A stretch of DNA of 64,000 bases from Diadema antillarum (taxonomy: Eukaryota), in contig NW_027271683.1 in assembly GCF_040938485.1 (NCBI RefSeq), forward strand, positions 930,001 to 994,000, read 5' to 3'. This document shows, piece by piece, positions 12,336 to 25,625 of this stretch (positions are counted from its first letter, which is position 1; every line of letters begins with the position of its first letter). A model generated the notes under the pieces. It saw only the letters and a program-made list of their open reading frames with translations, was not told where the DNA came from and did not search any database. The translations under genes were made by a program, and so were the position numbers.

Positions 12336-12975
12336 TCTTAGTTCTATATCACAGCTATCACAACAATAAATCTAAGATCAAATAGATTTAAAAAGGCAAA
12401 GTATTCAATATCATTATCATCAATCATATAGGCCTACTGTATCAGCAATTACGCCATGGTCATGAGTAAATCAAAACAAAACGAAACAAAAAACCGCTCT
12501 TGATAATGGCTTGTCTTCCAATATGTTTTCTGTTTAAATTTGTTTCCGGCTTTAGAGTGTGTTATTTAGAGGTGTTTTGATCGAGGAACGGGGTTCAAGC
12601 ATAAGAGGTCGTTATATAATCCACACACCATTGCTTATAAATATACAAATATTTGTCTGCACGCTTTTGTGGTTGCGTGAATTCTTGTTTTGTCTTTTAA
12701 GACGCTTTAAAGTCTGTTAAAGTCATATACTTTCACCTTATTATCATCACTATCAAAATCAGTAATATCAAGTGGTTATACATCAAAACTGATAATGTAA
12801 ATGTGCTGCGAACAGATGGCATCAAATTGTTAAGGTTTATGATTATATTGATGATGATCTCTCAGGAAAATCCTATGTTAATTGTTTATGTATATTGCTT
12901 GCAGGACAGCAAGAAGTACTGGAATTCTCTAGAAACTAAAAGATATTTTTTTCCAAGTAACGCTATGAAACAAAT

Positions 12976-13661
12976 GTGACCCTGCACCTCAAAACAAACA
13001 AAAAGTCGCCAGACATGAATTTTTTAGTTAAGACCATATTCTGAGAGAGCAGACTTTAAGCTTTAAAATGATGTATAACTTAAATCAAATGGACTCTCCT
13101 AACCTATCTAGATATTGGAAAGAGAGCGCAAACTCAGGGAACGTGTGAACTGAGAAAAGAGGCTCTGAAGTACAGTGTCTATTCAAGCGCTTAATCTTTA
13201 CCAAACCGTGCTGGCTGTGCGATGAATGGGACAAAAAAAAAAAAGGAAATAAGCCACCAGAGTAACAACAATGAAGGGATTATGAGATTAAACTGAAATT
13301 AAGCGTGCCTCATTCTGTCCATAATTAATGCCAACTTTCAAAGCAGTAGCCCTATCCTTTCAAAAGTTATTAGAGTTGAAAGTGAAGAGTGTGGACAAGG
13401 TTTTTCAGAAATGGAAAAGGGATTCTAAAGACACACCTCATCACATTATTCTACCAAAACTGTTCAAGATAAACTGCAAAAAAGAACACACTTTTCTGCC
13501 CGTTTTAGATACCAAAATTTAGCATAATGTAAAAGAAGACCCGCTCTTTCAGAAAATATGAAAAAGTCAAGTTCGGCTAGGTTGACCCATTTCACTTATT
13601 TTCAGTCCTCACGCAAAATCAGTGTGTGCGACTTTATGTTCGTTTTGAGGTGCACGGTCAC
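12976..13661. mobile_element. MITE family A, copy 2 (complete, 686 bp; Sola1-like TSD)
   Basis: GTGACCCTGCACCTCAAAACAAACAAAAAGTCGC...GCGACTTTATGTTCGTTTTGAGGTGCACGGTCAC, flanked by AAAT on both sides (12972-12975 and 13662-13665). Confidence 0.88.
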
Positions 13662-14659
13662 AAATGTATGGTACTTTGATAGATTCATTTTGTATAGTGG
13701 TATCTTAGCGCAGGAAAATTCTTCTTGAAGTTTCAAGGTCCTGACGTCTTCCCAATAATGTAATTATCAGTCATTCCCGGCCCCCATTTAAAAGAAAATT
13801 GAATTGTTATGTTCTAAAAACGTATAATAAGCCTCTTCCATCCACTGTTCATTAATAGCAAGAACGCCTTTCATCCTTTGGTGTCCAGGCAGACTGAGAT
13901 TCAGTAAAACACTATTTTGACTCTATACTATTATCTTAACCCAAATCTAGAGTCAAAAGAGTTTTTATTTTTGTTTTTTCTGAAGAGGACTGAACATGGT
14001 ACAGTTAACATACTCTTTTTTATTTTTCGTTCTAATTTCTTTGTGTGTGTGTGGGTGTGTGTGTGTATCATAGATATCAGCAAAGATTCACCACAAATCC
14101 CGGCTAATTTTGCTTCCTTTATGAATATGAAAAGCATTCAACATTAAAGAACCAATCAATATTCACACAAACGCTACATTTAGTTTTGTTGCAGTACGTT
14201 TGATTTATTTCATGTTTTACATTGTAATTTGATGATCTTGATTTTCTTTTTGTCAAAAAATATGCATTTTATTTGGTTTTCTGGCAAAATAGGATATAAT
14301 AAGGCCAATTCAATTCAATCTTTTCACTTACTTTTCTTATCGTCGCTATAACATCCTTAGGCATTATTATCATTATTGTTGTTATTATTACTACCAATAT
14401 TATTATTACAGGGTAACTGTATAGGCTTTGTACAGAACTTTGCATGTATATCACTGCGATTATGTTATTTGTAAAATTGTCACGTAATTCACTTTGCAAT
14501 TACCTGTTTCATAAACATATGCGCTTTTCCTATCCCTAAATTCACCCTCTCAAAAAAAAAAAACGGCTGTACATGCAATTATGGTTTTTCGAAAGTAACA
14601 CAGACAGTGTGTAAACTACATAGTGATCTGTTGCTGGTAAACTAGAACGCAAGCGCAAT

Positions 14660-14760
14660 GCAATCAAAATTTCTGTATTAGAGCATCATCAATATCAAGC
14701 ACGGAAGCGTCAAGTGAGAATAATGGATGCAACTTCAAAAGTAATTGCAGCGTCATGCTA
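14660..14760 (+). promoter_or_regulatory. Shared upstream module, GPCR3
   Basis: AATCAAAA...GAGCATCATCAATATCAAGC...GGATGCAACTTCAAAAGTAATTGCAGCGTCATG, about 600 nt upstream of the ATG; the ETS-like core is degraded. Confidence 0.45.
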
Positions 14761-15331
14761 CATTTCATGTCCATGATCTTACTTGATTCACATTTCACAA
14801 TGGACAAGGATATCTTGGCAGGTCCCCAGTACCCATTAATTAATGACGTCTCGAAACGTGCATGTGCAACCCTACATTCAAAAAAAAAAAAAAAAACAGG
14901 GCTGAATGTACCAACAAGTATATAACGTCGAAGACGTGGTAACAGCCACCTATCTTAACCTGAAAATTGGTTTGAGCATGGCTTTCGCAGCAAAACTCTT
15001 CTGTCCTGAACAATCTTACACTTGAAGACCACGGCAAAGGAAGCAAATCTGAAAACAGATAGAGGAAGAACTCCATTTCTTGCAAGTCCTTCATTACACA
15101 TTGTGGTGTCCGATGTCGAACTATCCACCTATACGGTAACGCGGATTGAGATCCTGACTTTGCGAAATACATGTTGGAAGCAAATAATGATTGCTAGTAT
15201 CATCATCATGTCATTTAAACAAAGCAACCTATGAAAGAGAAAATTTGTCATTGCATGATACGCTATCCTTTATCCGGATAGACAGAATTGATACTTTCCG
15301 CAGAAGTTGATCCCGAAAGGTAGGGCACAAA

Positions 15332-16445
15332 ATGTTGTTCTTCGATTTCTGTGAAATATTCAATCTTACAAGCGTGCTTGATGAAACTTCCGGAGACAAA
15401 GTATTCACTGCTGTTACATACATTCAACTCGGGGTCTCGAACCTGCTGAACCTGCTTCTATTGATTGCTCTGCGGACTCCTCTGGCTAACTTTGACGAGA
15501 TATCCCATCGATTCTTTCGTGTGCTTGCTGTACTGAATTGGATGTACAGTGCGTACTGTATCATCGTCCGAATCTGTGCAACGATGTTACAAAATCCACT
15601 CATTCTCCTTGAGATGCTTGTTGTGGACATTTCCTTCATAATGGCAACTCAACTCCTGGCACTGTTAATCAACCTAAATCGGTACATCATGATAACTCTA
15701 CCATTGCGATACAGTTCTCTGGTTAACAGTCGCCGAGCCAACTTTACTATTGTGGGGATTATCCTGCTCTCATTGATGTCTGTTGTTGCTGCTCCCTTCC
15801 CGCATTCACCTTCTAAAAGAATCCTCTCCGCGTTCATCGAATGTAAGTTTGATTCTATCGGATATCTTTTGGGAACGGTGAAGGTCATACTTTGTATAGG
15901 AGTAGTACTGTGTGCGGGAATAATTATATTAATAACCAGTTTGAACTTGAACATTTCTCATTGCAAGACGTCTTCAAAGGCAGGTGTTCAACAAGCCACC
16001 AGTGGTTCTGAACCCAGCCGGGATAACGGAGAATCATAATCTGCAGAACCAGAAATCGTCTAATGAAAATCCAGAAGTACAGGAGGGAAAGAATATCCTC
16101 GTTACGCCGCGGCGTCTGCGCTCGAATTCAGCGCACGGTAGGAAACCACCAGCTCGCGAGATGAAGAAATCGATCAAGGCAACGATCACGATGGCTCTCA
16201 TCACAGGTTCTTTCTACCTTTACTGGATCCCTCAGATTGTGAACCTAACATGGGTTCCGTTGGTTAGGCTTAGGCTTTCGATGTGGTGGGCGTACTTTGC
16301 GGGTAGTCTACTTTACAACAGCTTGTGGCTGAATGTTCTCGTCCTTAGAAAGACCGATAAGCATCTAAAGTCCACAGTTAGGAATCTACTAGGACGCTTA
16401 GATCTGAGGCAATGCTGGAATATATTTGCCGGTGTCTTTGTTTAA
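15332..16445 (+). pseudogene. GPCR3: 7TM receptor paralog with a 2-nt deletion frameshift at the end of TM5
   Basis: Span is 1114 nt versus 1116 in intact paralogs. At about 15951-15960, AACATTTCTCATT replaces the CAC-ACC-TTT-CTC-ATT-type sequence. ORFs 15332-16039 and 15984-16445 carry the two halves in different frames. Confidence 0.85.
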
Positions 16446-16451
16446 ATGTAA

Positions 16452-16463
16452 ATATATATATAA

Positions 16464-16514
<51 letters not shown>
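16452..16514. repeat. (TA)n microsatellite immediately after the GPCR3 stop codon
   Basis: About 60 nt of near-perfect TA repeats. Confidence 0.95.
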
Positions 16515-16517
<3 letters not shown>

Positions 16518-17054
16518 CTGTGATTTATACTTGCCCGAACCGCTTTAAATCACATTCTATGTAACATATTTTAGGCAACACGCTTAAAACGTCTCGATCG
16601 TCACCTATTAGTTGTTCATCCCCGTACCGACATTTTTTTTTTTTAAGTGGTGGCACTTGCGACATCAGTAATGTGAAAGGGAACAGGGCTTCATCCCGTT
16701 TTAAAGCTGGGGGGGGGCCGGGGGAGCAAAGCTTTCGAAGGAGAGAAGCCGGCGAGCGGAGGGAGGGTGTTGAGGGAGTTTTTCCACTTTTAGAATTGAA
16801 ATTCAACGGCAATTTTGAACGGCTAATGTTTTAAAGTCGAGGTGTCCGTCATTTTTATCGTTATTCCACGTGTCAAGGTGGGAGAGGATGTTGACGGCGG
16901 GATACTGTTATCACTTTTGTAGAAATGACATTAAACGACCTTGTCCAGATTTTCCGTGGAACATACTTGGAAAATTGCTAAAATTTCCGAGGTGTACCGA
17001 GGTGGTTCGAGGTGGGGGGGGGGGGGGGTGCAGGAGAGGGTATGGAAGGGGATG

Positions 17055-18440
17055 ACTTTGGCTCAACGTCATTCTGGTCGTCTGGCCACCACTGCCCAAC
17101 AGTGAAAGTCTGACATTGGAATGACGTTGGCACAATATCAAATAAACATCATATCAACCATATTTCCAATTTGAATACTGCATTTGTCTAGTGTTAATCC
17201 ACCTTGAAAGTATGTATGTTGGCCCAACATTAGAAATATTAGAAATATGACGTCGCCCCGACGTCATTTGACCATCGGGCCAACATTGGGCCAACAGTGA
17301 CTTAATTTAAGCTTGTCATTGGACTTACGTTGGTTCAATGTCAGACCGACATTATACCAACCATGACACCACTTTGAATGCTACGTTGTCCCAATGTTGG
17401 TAAAACGTCATGCGTGTATGTTAGCACAACACCAGAATATGACGTTGGCTTAACGTCATTTTGGTCGTCGGGCCAACACTGGTCTAACAGTGAAAGTCTG
17501 ACGTCGGACTGACGTTAGCACAATATCAAATCAACATCATATCAACCATATTTCCACTTTGAATACTGCGTTTATTCAATGTTAATTTGATTTGAATGTG
17601 TGTTTGTTGGTTCAATGTAAGAAATATCACGTCGCTCCGACGTCATTTTGGCCATCGGGCTAACATTGGCCCAACAGTGAAAGCCTGACGTTGAACCGAC
17701 GTTGGTTCAATGTCAGACCGACATTATACCAACCATGATACCATTTTGAATGCAGTGTGCTGCGTTGTCCCAATGTTGGTAAAACGTCATGCGTGTATGT
17801 TAGCACAACATCAGAATATGACGTTGGCTCAACGTCATTTTGGTCGTCGGTTTAACAGTGAAAGTCTGACGTTGGCACAATGTCAAATCAGCATCATATC
17901 AACCATATATCCACTTTGAATACCACAATTGTCAAATGTTAATCCAACTTGAAATTGTGTTTGTTGGAACAACGTTCGAAATATGACGTTGCTTCGACGT
18001 CATTTTGGCCATTGGGTCAACATCGCCCCAGCAGTGACAGCCTGACGTTGGAACAAAGTTGGTTCAATGTCAGACCGACATAATACCAACCATGTTTCCA
18101 CTTTGAATGCTGCGTTGGCCCACTGTTGGTCTAACGTCATATGTGTATGTTGGCCCAACATTAAAGTATGACGTTGGCTCAACGTCATTTTGGTCGTCGG
18201 GCCACCACCGGTCCAACAGTGAAAGTCTGGACGTTGGACTTACGTTTGCAGAATCTCCAAGTAACATCATAATCATATCGACCACATTTCCACTTTGAGT
18301 ACTACATTTGTCCAATGCTAATCCAACTTAAAAGTGTGTACGTTAGCACAATGTTCGAAATATTACGTCGCTCCCACTTAATTTTGGCCATCGGGCCAAC
18401 ATTGGACGTCGGCACAATGCCAGGTCAACTTTATGCCAAC
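17055..18440. repeat. Tandem repeat with alternating ~185-bp A/B monomers (~370-bp higher-order unit, ~3.7 copies)
   Basis: AACGTCATT(T/C)TGGTCGTC at about 17064, 17452, 17831 and 18181. (G)ACGTCATTTTGGCCATCGGG-type sequence at about 17260, 17640, 17997 and 18380. TCAGACCGACAT at 17341, 17713 and 18070. Confidence 0.88.
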
Positions 18441-20276
18441 CATATTTCCATCCCACAGAAAGAAGAGTTTAAATCTTAAGATTTGAAATTATATAAACCG
18501 CCAAGAAATTGCCTAATCTTCTTTATGGAATCTTTGTCAACAGGTCAATAGCTGCAAAATATTGACGCCGTATAGTACTCGGCAGGTGTTGAGAGAAATA
18601 ATTGTTTTCTGTTGTGAGGTCTGAAATTACTTTTGTTTTATTGGACGTAGCCTCTTGAAAACGAACTGATTACAAACTTCATTGGTTTAGTATTTCTGAA
18701 AGCGTAATCAATCTGACAATGTGGTAGTTATTTACAGTAATATGGCATTATTTCTCTTTCAGAAAACATCAGCTGATTAAAAAAAACAAAAAACATGGGG
18801 ATTGGAAGGGAGCTGGTGCTTATGTTCTCTCATTCTAACTCCCAAATTGTAGTGAAAACATGGAGTCGAATGTACATAATCATATTCCTGCAACAATAAC
18901 AAGAACAACACAAATAATAATTCGTCGCTAATAAAAAAAAATGCCAAAGCATTAATTTTCTCTTACTATTTAGAACTATAACAAAACAAACGTATAGAAT
19001 AAAATATAGAATGCGATATTCAATTAAGTGTCACTTCCAAAAACCCAAGCCTTGATTTTCTATTACTATTTAGAACTATAAAGAAACGAACGTATAGAAT
19101 AAACTTTACAATGCGATATTCAATAAAGTGTCACTTCTTAATACCCCATCCAAGAACTAAATATCACAAAAACTCATTCATATACTTTGCGATTATCTCG
19201 TACAATGCACCCCTTCGCAATGTTCAGAATTGCAGGTGCATCCATTTTTCTCCCGTTCTCCAATCAAAAACAAAACAAAAAAAAAATAAAAATTTACAAT
19301 TTAAACGAAAGGAAATGCAAACGTTTGTGTGCATTAATTGATCGAGATGGTTTTCTGGTCTTCTTTTTCTATTTTCTTTCTTCTGCGTTTGTTGAGTCTG
19401 CAGGTCTATGAAGATAACTTGGCGTCTTCCCGCTTCAACTATATGATATTTGATATTCCTACTTTTTATTCGCATGATATGTGTGTATTGTTTAATTCTA
19501 TGTATGTATGTTATTTAATTCACCCTCCAATAACGTTGGTGTAATTTGATTTGTGTAACTCGTGAACACATATTCCGTGTATTTTCATTGATGTATAAAT
19601 TTATGTAAAACTGCAGGACGCTTTTGGAAAGCGGTTTTGTGCAACTGAGTATAGGCCAATCCTGTAAGACATTAAAACGAAACAAGAAAAAATAAATGAA
19701 TAAGTATTTTGTCAATTTGTGTATTTTTTTCGGGGTCATTGTGATTGGCAGATTCCATTCAAGGCGTCCTTTTTATGCGAGGCACTGCATCGACTTTGTT
19801 ACATGCGATAAATATCATTGACATCAACGGTTCTTGCTACTTCAAAATACAATAACAGACTACTGACAGGTGAAGGTTTATTGAAAAGGATTGATTCACT
19901 CACCTCAGACTAACGCTTGTGTCGATCAATCAGAATCATTCGGAAATATGTTATTTTATTTCCTTCTTCTCGCTTTTACCTTTCTTCCAGCTTTTGCATG
20001 ACATATCTAGAGAGCAGTGACATAATAGACGAGTACCTATTTGAACAGCACCTCATTATTCATCATAGTTGTAAATTGAAGTAGTAAATGTAATTTTTAT
20101 ACTTCGATATACAAATCCAATGAGTTTGTATCTTATTACAGTTTGCATATTACAATTTAATCATTGTAGTCGCTGTCATGGTCACGAGTGTTATACCTAG
20201 GCCTATGTTTATATTCGTTAACTCCAGGAAGTCACCAGAGGGGGGAAAATGTGATTAAACTTTAAATGTCCTTGTT

Positions 20277-20312
<36 letters not shown>

Positions 20313-20379
20313 GCTGTTGCTGTTGTTGTTTTGCTGGTCAGTCGATGTCGATTGGAAACCTTGAACTGAAGCGCGGGTA

Positions 20380-20411
<32 letters not shown>

Positions 20412-20619
20412 GGGGGGGGGAGGGGGTTTCCTGAAGAAACCCGGAAGTGGCATAAGAAATATAAATTGGGCCCTTCCACTTTTAAATAAAGCGTGGCGCC
20501 GGCTGTGTATATATGCCTGAATGTGTTGTACATACATACCAGCATGGATCTGTCCATTACGCGGCCAGTGTGTATGAGAGGCTTATAATGGTCTCTTGCT
20601 GGCGAATAAGAGTGGCAGC

Positions 20620-20715
20620 ACCATAATCAAAACGGTGTGTTTGGACATCGTCAATTAAGCGAGACTGCATCAGGACAGATCAGTATATATAACCCTTGCG
20701 GAATAATTGTAGTGT
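20620..20715 (+). promoter_or_regulatory. Shared upstream module, GPCR4
   Basis: AATCAAAACGGTGTGTTTGGACATCGTCAATTAAGC...TATATATAACCCTTGCGGAATAATTG, about 575 nt upstream of the ATG. Confidence 0.55.
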
Positions 20716-21260
20716 CATGACGCTACAATCATACCCAATTGATGTTTGCCAACGGATGAGGGATGTGTAGGCAGTTTCCTCATCAGTTTTCTTCTATGGC
20801 GCCTCAAAACGCACACGCGTATTCCTGATCCCCCACATAAGTAACGTCGAACCGTGAGAATAGCTCCTTATATTAACCTTTGCCGGAAACTTGCATATCT
20901 TGGATTGAGTGTCGCTTCTGCATCAGGAAAAAACAAAGGTTGTCTGATATCGTTGGGAATATCTCTACACTTTGAGATAAAGACAAAAAAAAACTTAATA
21001 GAAGGCAAGTTCAGCAAAACTGAAGCAGATAAAGACGTGCATTTCAACATGCATCGTGGAGACCAGAGCAATGTCATTTTCTACAGAGGTGTATTCATTC
21101 TGTCTTCTTCTTTGCCTGTTAGATAGCAGCGAGTAATCTTTGCCATTTCGTTAACCGTTCAAAACCGTGAGAGAGAAACAGCGACTGCCAGTTTATATTG
21201 TCATTTGTAACTTAGGCGGGTTGTTTCGCCCAGAGCTGATTTCGAACATTTGGAGACAAA

Positions 21261-22376
21261 ATGTCGATTTCAGATTTATGTGAGATAGTCAATATCACCA
21301 GCGTGCTTGATCAGTCTCTAACGGACAGAGTATTTTCCACCATTACGTACATTCAACTCGGGCTCTCGAACGTATTGAACCTGTTTCTGTTGATCGCTCT
21401 GCAGACTCCTCTGGCTAACTTTGACGAGATATCCCATCGGTTCTTGCGAGTGCTTGCTGTACTGAATGGGCTGTACAGTGCGTATTGTCTTATTGTTCGA
21501 ATTTGTGCAACGATTTTACAAAATCCGAATATTCTGATTCAGACGCTTTTCGTAGACATTTCGTTCGTGATGTCAACTCAAAGCCTGACATTGCTAATCA
21601 ACCTAAATAGGTACGTCATGATAACACGGCCTCTGCGATACAATACTCTGGTTAACTCTCGCCGAGCCAACATTGCCATTGTGGGAGTTATCTTGTTCTC
21701 ATTGCTGTCTCTTTCCGCTGCTCCCTTCCCCGATTCATTCTACGAAATCCTCCTTCTTGCATTCATCAAGTGTGACAATGATTCTCTTGAAAATATTTTC
21801 GAAACGTTGCAGGTTATAGTTTGGATCGCAGTGCTAGCATGTGCGGGAATAATTATATTTATGACCGGTATAAACGTGCATACCTTACTGATTGCAAGGC
21901 GTCTTCATAGAAAGGTGTTCATCCAGCCACCATCGGTCATCGATCCATCTGTGAAGAAAGAAAATCATAATCTGCAGAACCAACAATTGTCTCACAAGAA
22001 TCCGCAAACCCATGTAGGAAAGAAAATTTCCAATAAATCAAGTCGTATATGCCCGAAAATCATAAACGGTGAGGAACCGCCTGTTCGCGAGGTGAAAAAG
22101 TCGTTCAAGGCAACTATCACGGTGACTCTTATAACAGGTTCTTTGTACCTGTACTGGATCCCCGAGATTGTGAGTATATCATGGGTTTCACTGATCGGGA
22201 TTTCGCCCCCGATGTGGTACACGTACCTGTCAGCGAGTCTTATTTACAGCAGTTTGTGGTTGAATGTGATCATCCTAATTCTGACCGATAAATATCTTAA
22301 GAGAACAATCGGAAATCTTCTTGGACGCTTAGATGTGACACAATGCTGGAATCCCTTTTTCGGTGTCTTTGTTTGA
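21261..22376 (+). CDS. GPCR4: intact intronless class A 7TM receptor, 371 aa
   Basis: Open 371-aa ORF with FVDISF...INLNRYVMITRPLRY, LYLYWIPE and YSSLWLNVIIL; colinear with the paralogs. Confidence 0.93.
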   Translation: MSISDLCEIVNITSVLDQSLTDRVFSTITYIQLGLSNVLNLFLLIALQTPLANFDEISHRFLRVLAVLNGLYSAYCLIVRICATILQNPNILIQTLFVDISFVMSTQSLTLLINLNRYVMITRPLRYNTLVNSRRANIAIVGVILFSLLSLSAAPFPDSFYEILLLAFIKCDNDSLENIFETLQVIVWIAVLACAGIIIFMTGINVHTLLIARRLHRKVFIQPPSVIDPSVKKENHNLQNQQLSHKNPQTHVGKKISNKSSRICPKIINGEEPPVREVKKSFKATITVTLITGSLYLYWIPEIVSISWVSLIGISPPMWYTYLSASLIYSSLWLNVIILILTDKYLKRTIGNLLGRLDVTQCWNPFFGVFV

Positions 22377-23890
22377 ACATCATAGCTTAAAAAACACCCA
22401 ATGCAACTTTAAAATGTTGTATTCTTTTATACAAGAGCCTTTATTAAAACAAACTCTTATTCTTGGAAACACTGCGTATTGCTCCTAATCCTCTACACTT
22501 GTTCATCCTGATATTTTCTGCTTCGATTATTGAGATTTCTTTACCCTATTTGAGCTTCTCTAATAATACTTTAGAAACTAATGCGGTAGTAAACGTGATC
22601 ATTTATACTTAATTTCAACTACTCGGTCGTCATCATGTATAAAACATTAATTCATTATCACTTTCGTGTCTTTAAATTTATATCATCATTTCCCTTATTG
22701 TTGTTCCTTTTGTCGTCAGTACGTCACAGCCTCTTTTAATAATTCTCATCCTCATTGTGTCTATCGCAATGCACTCTCTTGCAATGTTCAAAATTGCATG
22801 TCCTTCCATCTATATCAAAAAAAAAATTAAGAAAAGCTTAAGAATTCCGACTTGATTTTAGCGATTTCAACAATTTGAACGTCTGTGTCCATTTTGACCG
22901 TGATAGGTTTCTCATCTTCTATTTCTACTCTCGTTTTTTCCTTTCTTCTACTCTGGTTAAGTGTTTTCAAATATTTTGTTTTTTTTTCCCCTCTTCAACA
23001 GTAAAATTTGATATTCTGACTTTGTATCTGCATGAAATGTGTATATTGCTTAAATCTACATATTATTGTTTAGAGTAACGTTGTAGTAACTCGATTCGTG
23101 TAAGTCGTGTACATTATATTCCAGGTATTTTCATTGTGTATAAATCCACGTGAAACTGCAGGTCGCCGCCGCTGAAAATGTAGATTTGTGCGATTGAGCA
23201 GGCCAACCCTGAAAGACAACAATATAAAACAAATAGATAAATGAATAAATTGATATCATATCAATCTATGTATGTGTTTGTTTGGTTGTTTGTTGTTGTG
23301 GATGCGATTGACAATCCCTAGCGGAAGACTGTGCGGTGCAAATACCAGCGCTGTCTTAAAATTTGGCAATGCATGGACACTGCCAGGAGCCGCGGTAAAC
23401 ATCGATGACATCTTTGGTTTTTAATACTTCCAATTACAATAGATCACCGACAGGCGAAGGTTGATTGAAAGCGGCTTTTTCTCTAACCTCGGGCTCTATC
23501 TTACTTTGGAGATCAATTAGAATCATTCGTGAAAGCGATTTTGTTTTTTTTTATTTTCTCTTACTTTCCTTTTTTACTTTTACTTTCCTCATGCATTTGC
23601 ATGATAAGCCAAAACCAGCGACTTATTTCAACAACTAGTTGCTATCGTGTGGTATGATAAACGAGTACAGCATGATTGATCACAATTATACTTTGAAGGA
23701 GTGAAAGATGATTTACTTTGATATACAGCTTCAGTAAAAATTTCATCCTATATGAGTTTTCAAAAATTGGAATGGATCATTAGTCGTTGTTATTGCCAAA
23801 ATTATTATTTCTGTTTTCAAGTGTTACAGCTGAGAGTAGCTTGAAAAAAGCTGAGCTGTTTGTATATAGTCTCTTGAGCAAAGTGCAAAT

Positions 23891-24562
23891 GTGATCATGC
23901 ACCACAAAACAAACAAAAAGTCGCACCCCTTGATTTTAAGTAAGGACTCAAAAAAGGTGAAATGGTTCAACTAAATCAATCGCGAATTTTTCATATTTTT
24001 CTGAAAGAGCTTTCCTTCATCTACATTATTCTTCATTTGGTATCTTAACAAGAATGGGAAAGTGTGTTTTTAGTCGATCTTGTACAACCCTTTTTTGGGG
24101 AAGAGTATATGACTTTAAGGGGCCGCTTTTCATGTCTTGAAATCCTTTGCACACTCTTCACTTTCAAGTCTAATAACTTTTGAAAGGATGACGCTACTTT
24201 TTTGAAAGTTAGCATTAATTATAGGCAGAATGTGTCCATAGAACATATTTAATTTCAGCTTTAATCTGATAATCCCTTCATTGTTGTTGCTCCAGTGTTG
24301 CATCCTGTGTTTTGTTCCTTTCATGGCACATTTAGCACGGCTTGGTAAGCGCTTGAATAGACTGTACTTCAGAGCCTCTTTTCTCAGTTCACACTTTTCC
24401 AGAGTGTGTGTTTTCTTTCCGGTATTTAGGTAGGTTAGGGGAGTCCATTTCAATTGAGTTATACATCATTTTAAAGCTTAGAGTCTGTTCTTTCAGAATC
24501 TGCCCTTTTAACTGAAACTCCATGTCTGATGACTTTTTGTTGTCTTTGTGGTGCAGAGTCAC
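23891..24562. mobile_element. MITE family A, copy 3 (672 bp)
   Basis: GTGATCATGCACCACAAAACAAACAAAAAGTCGC...GACTTTTTGTTGTCTTTGTGGTGCAGAGTCAC with AAAT TSD (23887-23890 and 24563-24566). Confidence 0.85.
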
Positions 24563-24590
24563 AAATTATTTAAGTAATATCTATGTATAA

Positions 24591-24633
<43 letters not shown>

Positions 24634-24637
<4 letters not shown>

Positions 24638-25614
24638 ACGGTCAAGTTCACACAAATAAATACGAGGCGGTCTCGGTGAATTGAAATGAACAAATCTTCC
24701 GGAACTTTATTAAGAATTTGCGTAACAGTCAGTTTCAACCGGAATGATCATTCTTATTTAAAGCGTTGCAGCGAAATTAACCATAACAATTCAAGGTTAG
24801 ATTGGATCGTTTCAACAAAAGATATTAACTTAAAGACGGATTATGTGATACCTGGCCAGAGTTTTATCCTAACAGAACGGGGAGGCGACGCCAGACGTTA
24901 TCATATCACGTGGGGAACGCGTCGATGCACGGGGACGTCGTCGGATCAGCAGGCAACGCTATCTCACTCAGGTCAGCTTGCAGCTCCGCGACTACGCCGG
25001 GCAGAAGGGCGTTGGCCGCCAGGTGCGCGCTGCCACTCACACAGCCTCGACGCCCTGGATCGACCTCGGCGTGGCTCCCACTAATTGCCGTGTAGCAATC
25101 ACAGGTGGGCGTTGGCTCCAGACCGCCTGGTTTTTCGCCTGGCCAAGTCAACGAAAACTTATCGACGCCGTCGTCGTCGAAGGGAAACGGGCTAGAAGCA
25201 GGTTGACATCTCCTGGATTATCCTGCTGTTTAGCACTTTAACTCAGTTCGCAGAATACTTGTCTTAGGGAAAGCAATTTCTCCCAAGACCATGGACGGGA
25301 CGTTGAGAAAGTTATAACGGTCCTCTCTAACCGGAGTCTGATTGTCGACTGACGCGAGCAATGGATTTTTTAATACGAGTATTCTCACATACATGGAAAA
25401 TTCCGTCAGGCATGCCTAGCTTAATGCATTCACAGCATTAAACTCAACCTGGGCGAAATGTGTGGGGCTGCGGCTCAAACGAATAACTCGACATAAAGAT
25501 TACATAACCGGCGGTGTTTACAAACATTCGCGATCGCGCACGTGTGATCGCATACACATGATCATAAAACATAGAACTACATTCTAAAGTGATTACATGG
25601 GCAAATTCGTAACA
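24634..25614 (-). repeat. 3' LTR (981 bp)
   Basis: TGTTACG...CGTAACA termini; about 97% identical by eye to 27593-28606 but lacks a ~32-bp segment. Confidence 0.92.
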
Positions 25615-25625
25615 CCCCCACCCCT
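25615..25625 (-). other. Polypurine tract
   Basis: Minus strand AGGGGTGGGGG directly precedes the 3' LTR. Confidence 0.8.

Noticed and set aside
17055-18440. CRISPR-like array
   Set aside because: There are no unique spacers between short identical repeats, the whole unit is repeated, there are no cas genes, and the context is eukaryotic.
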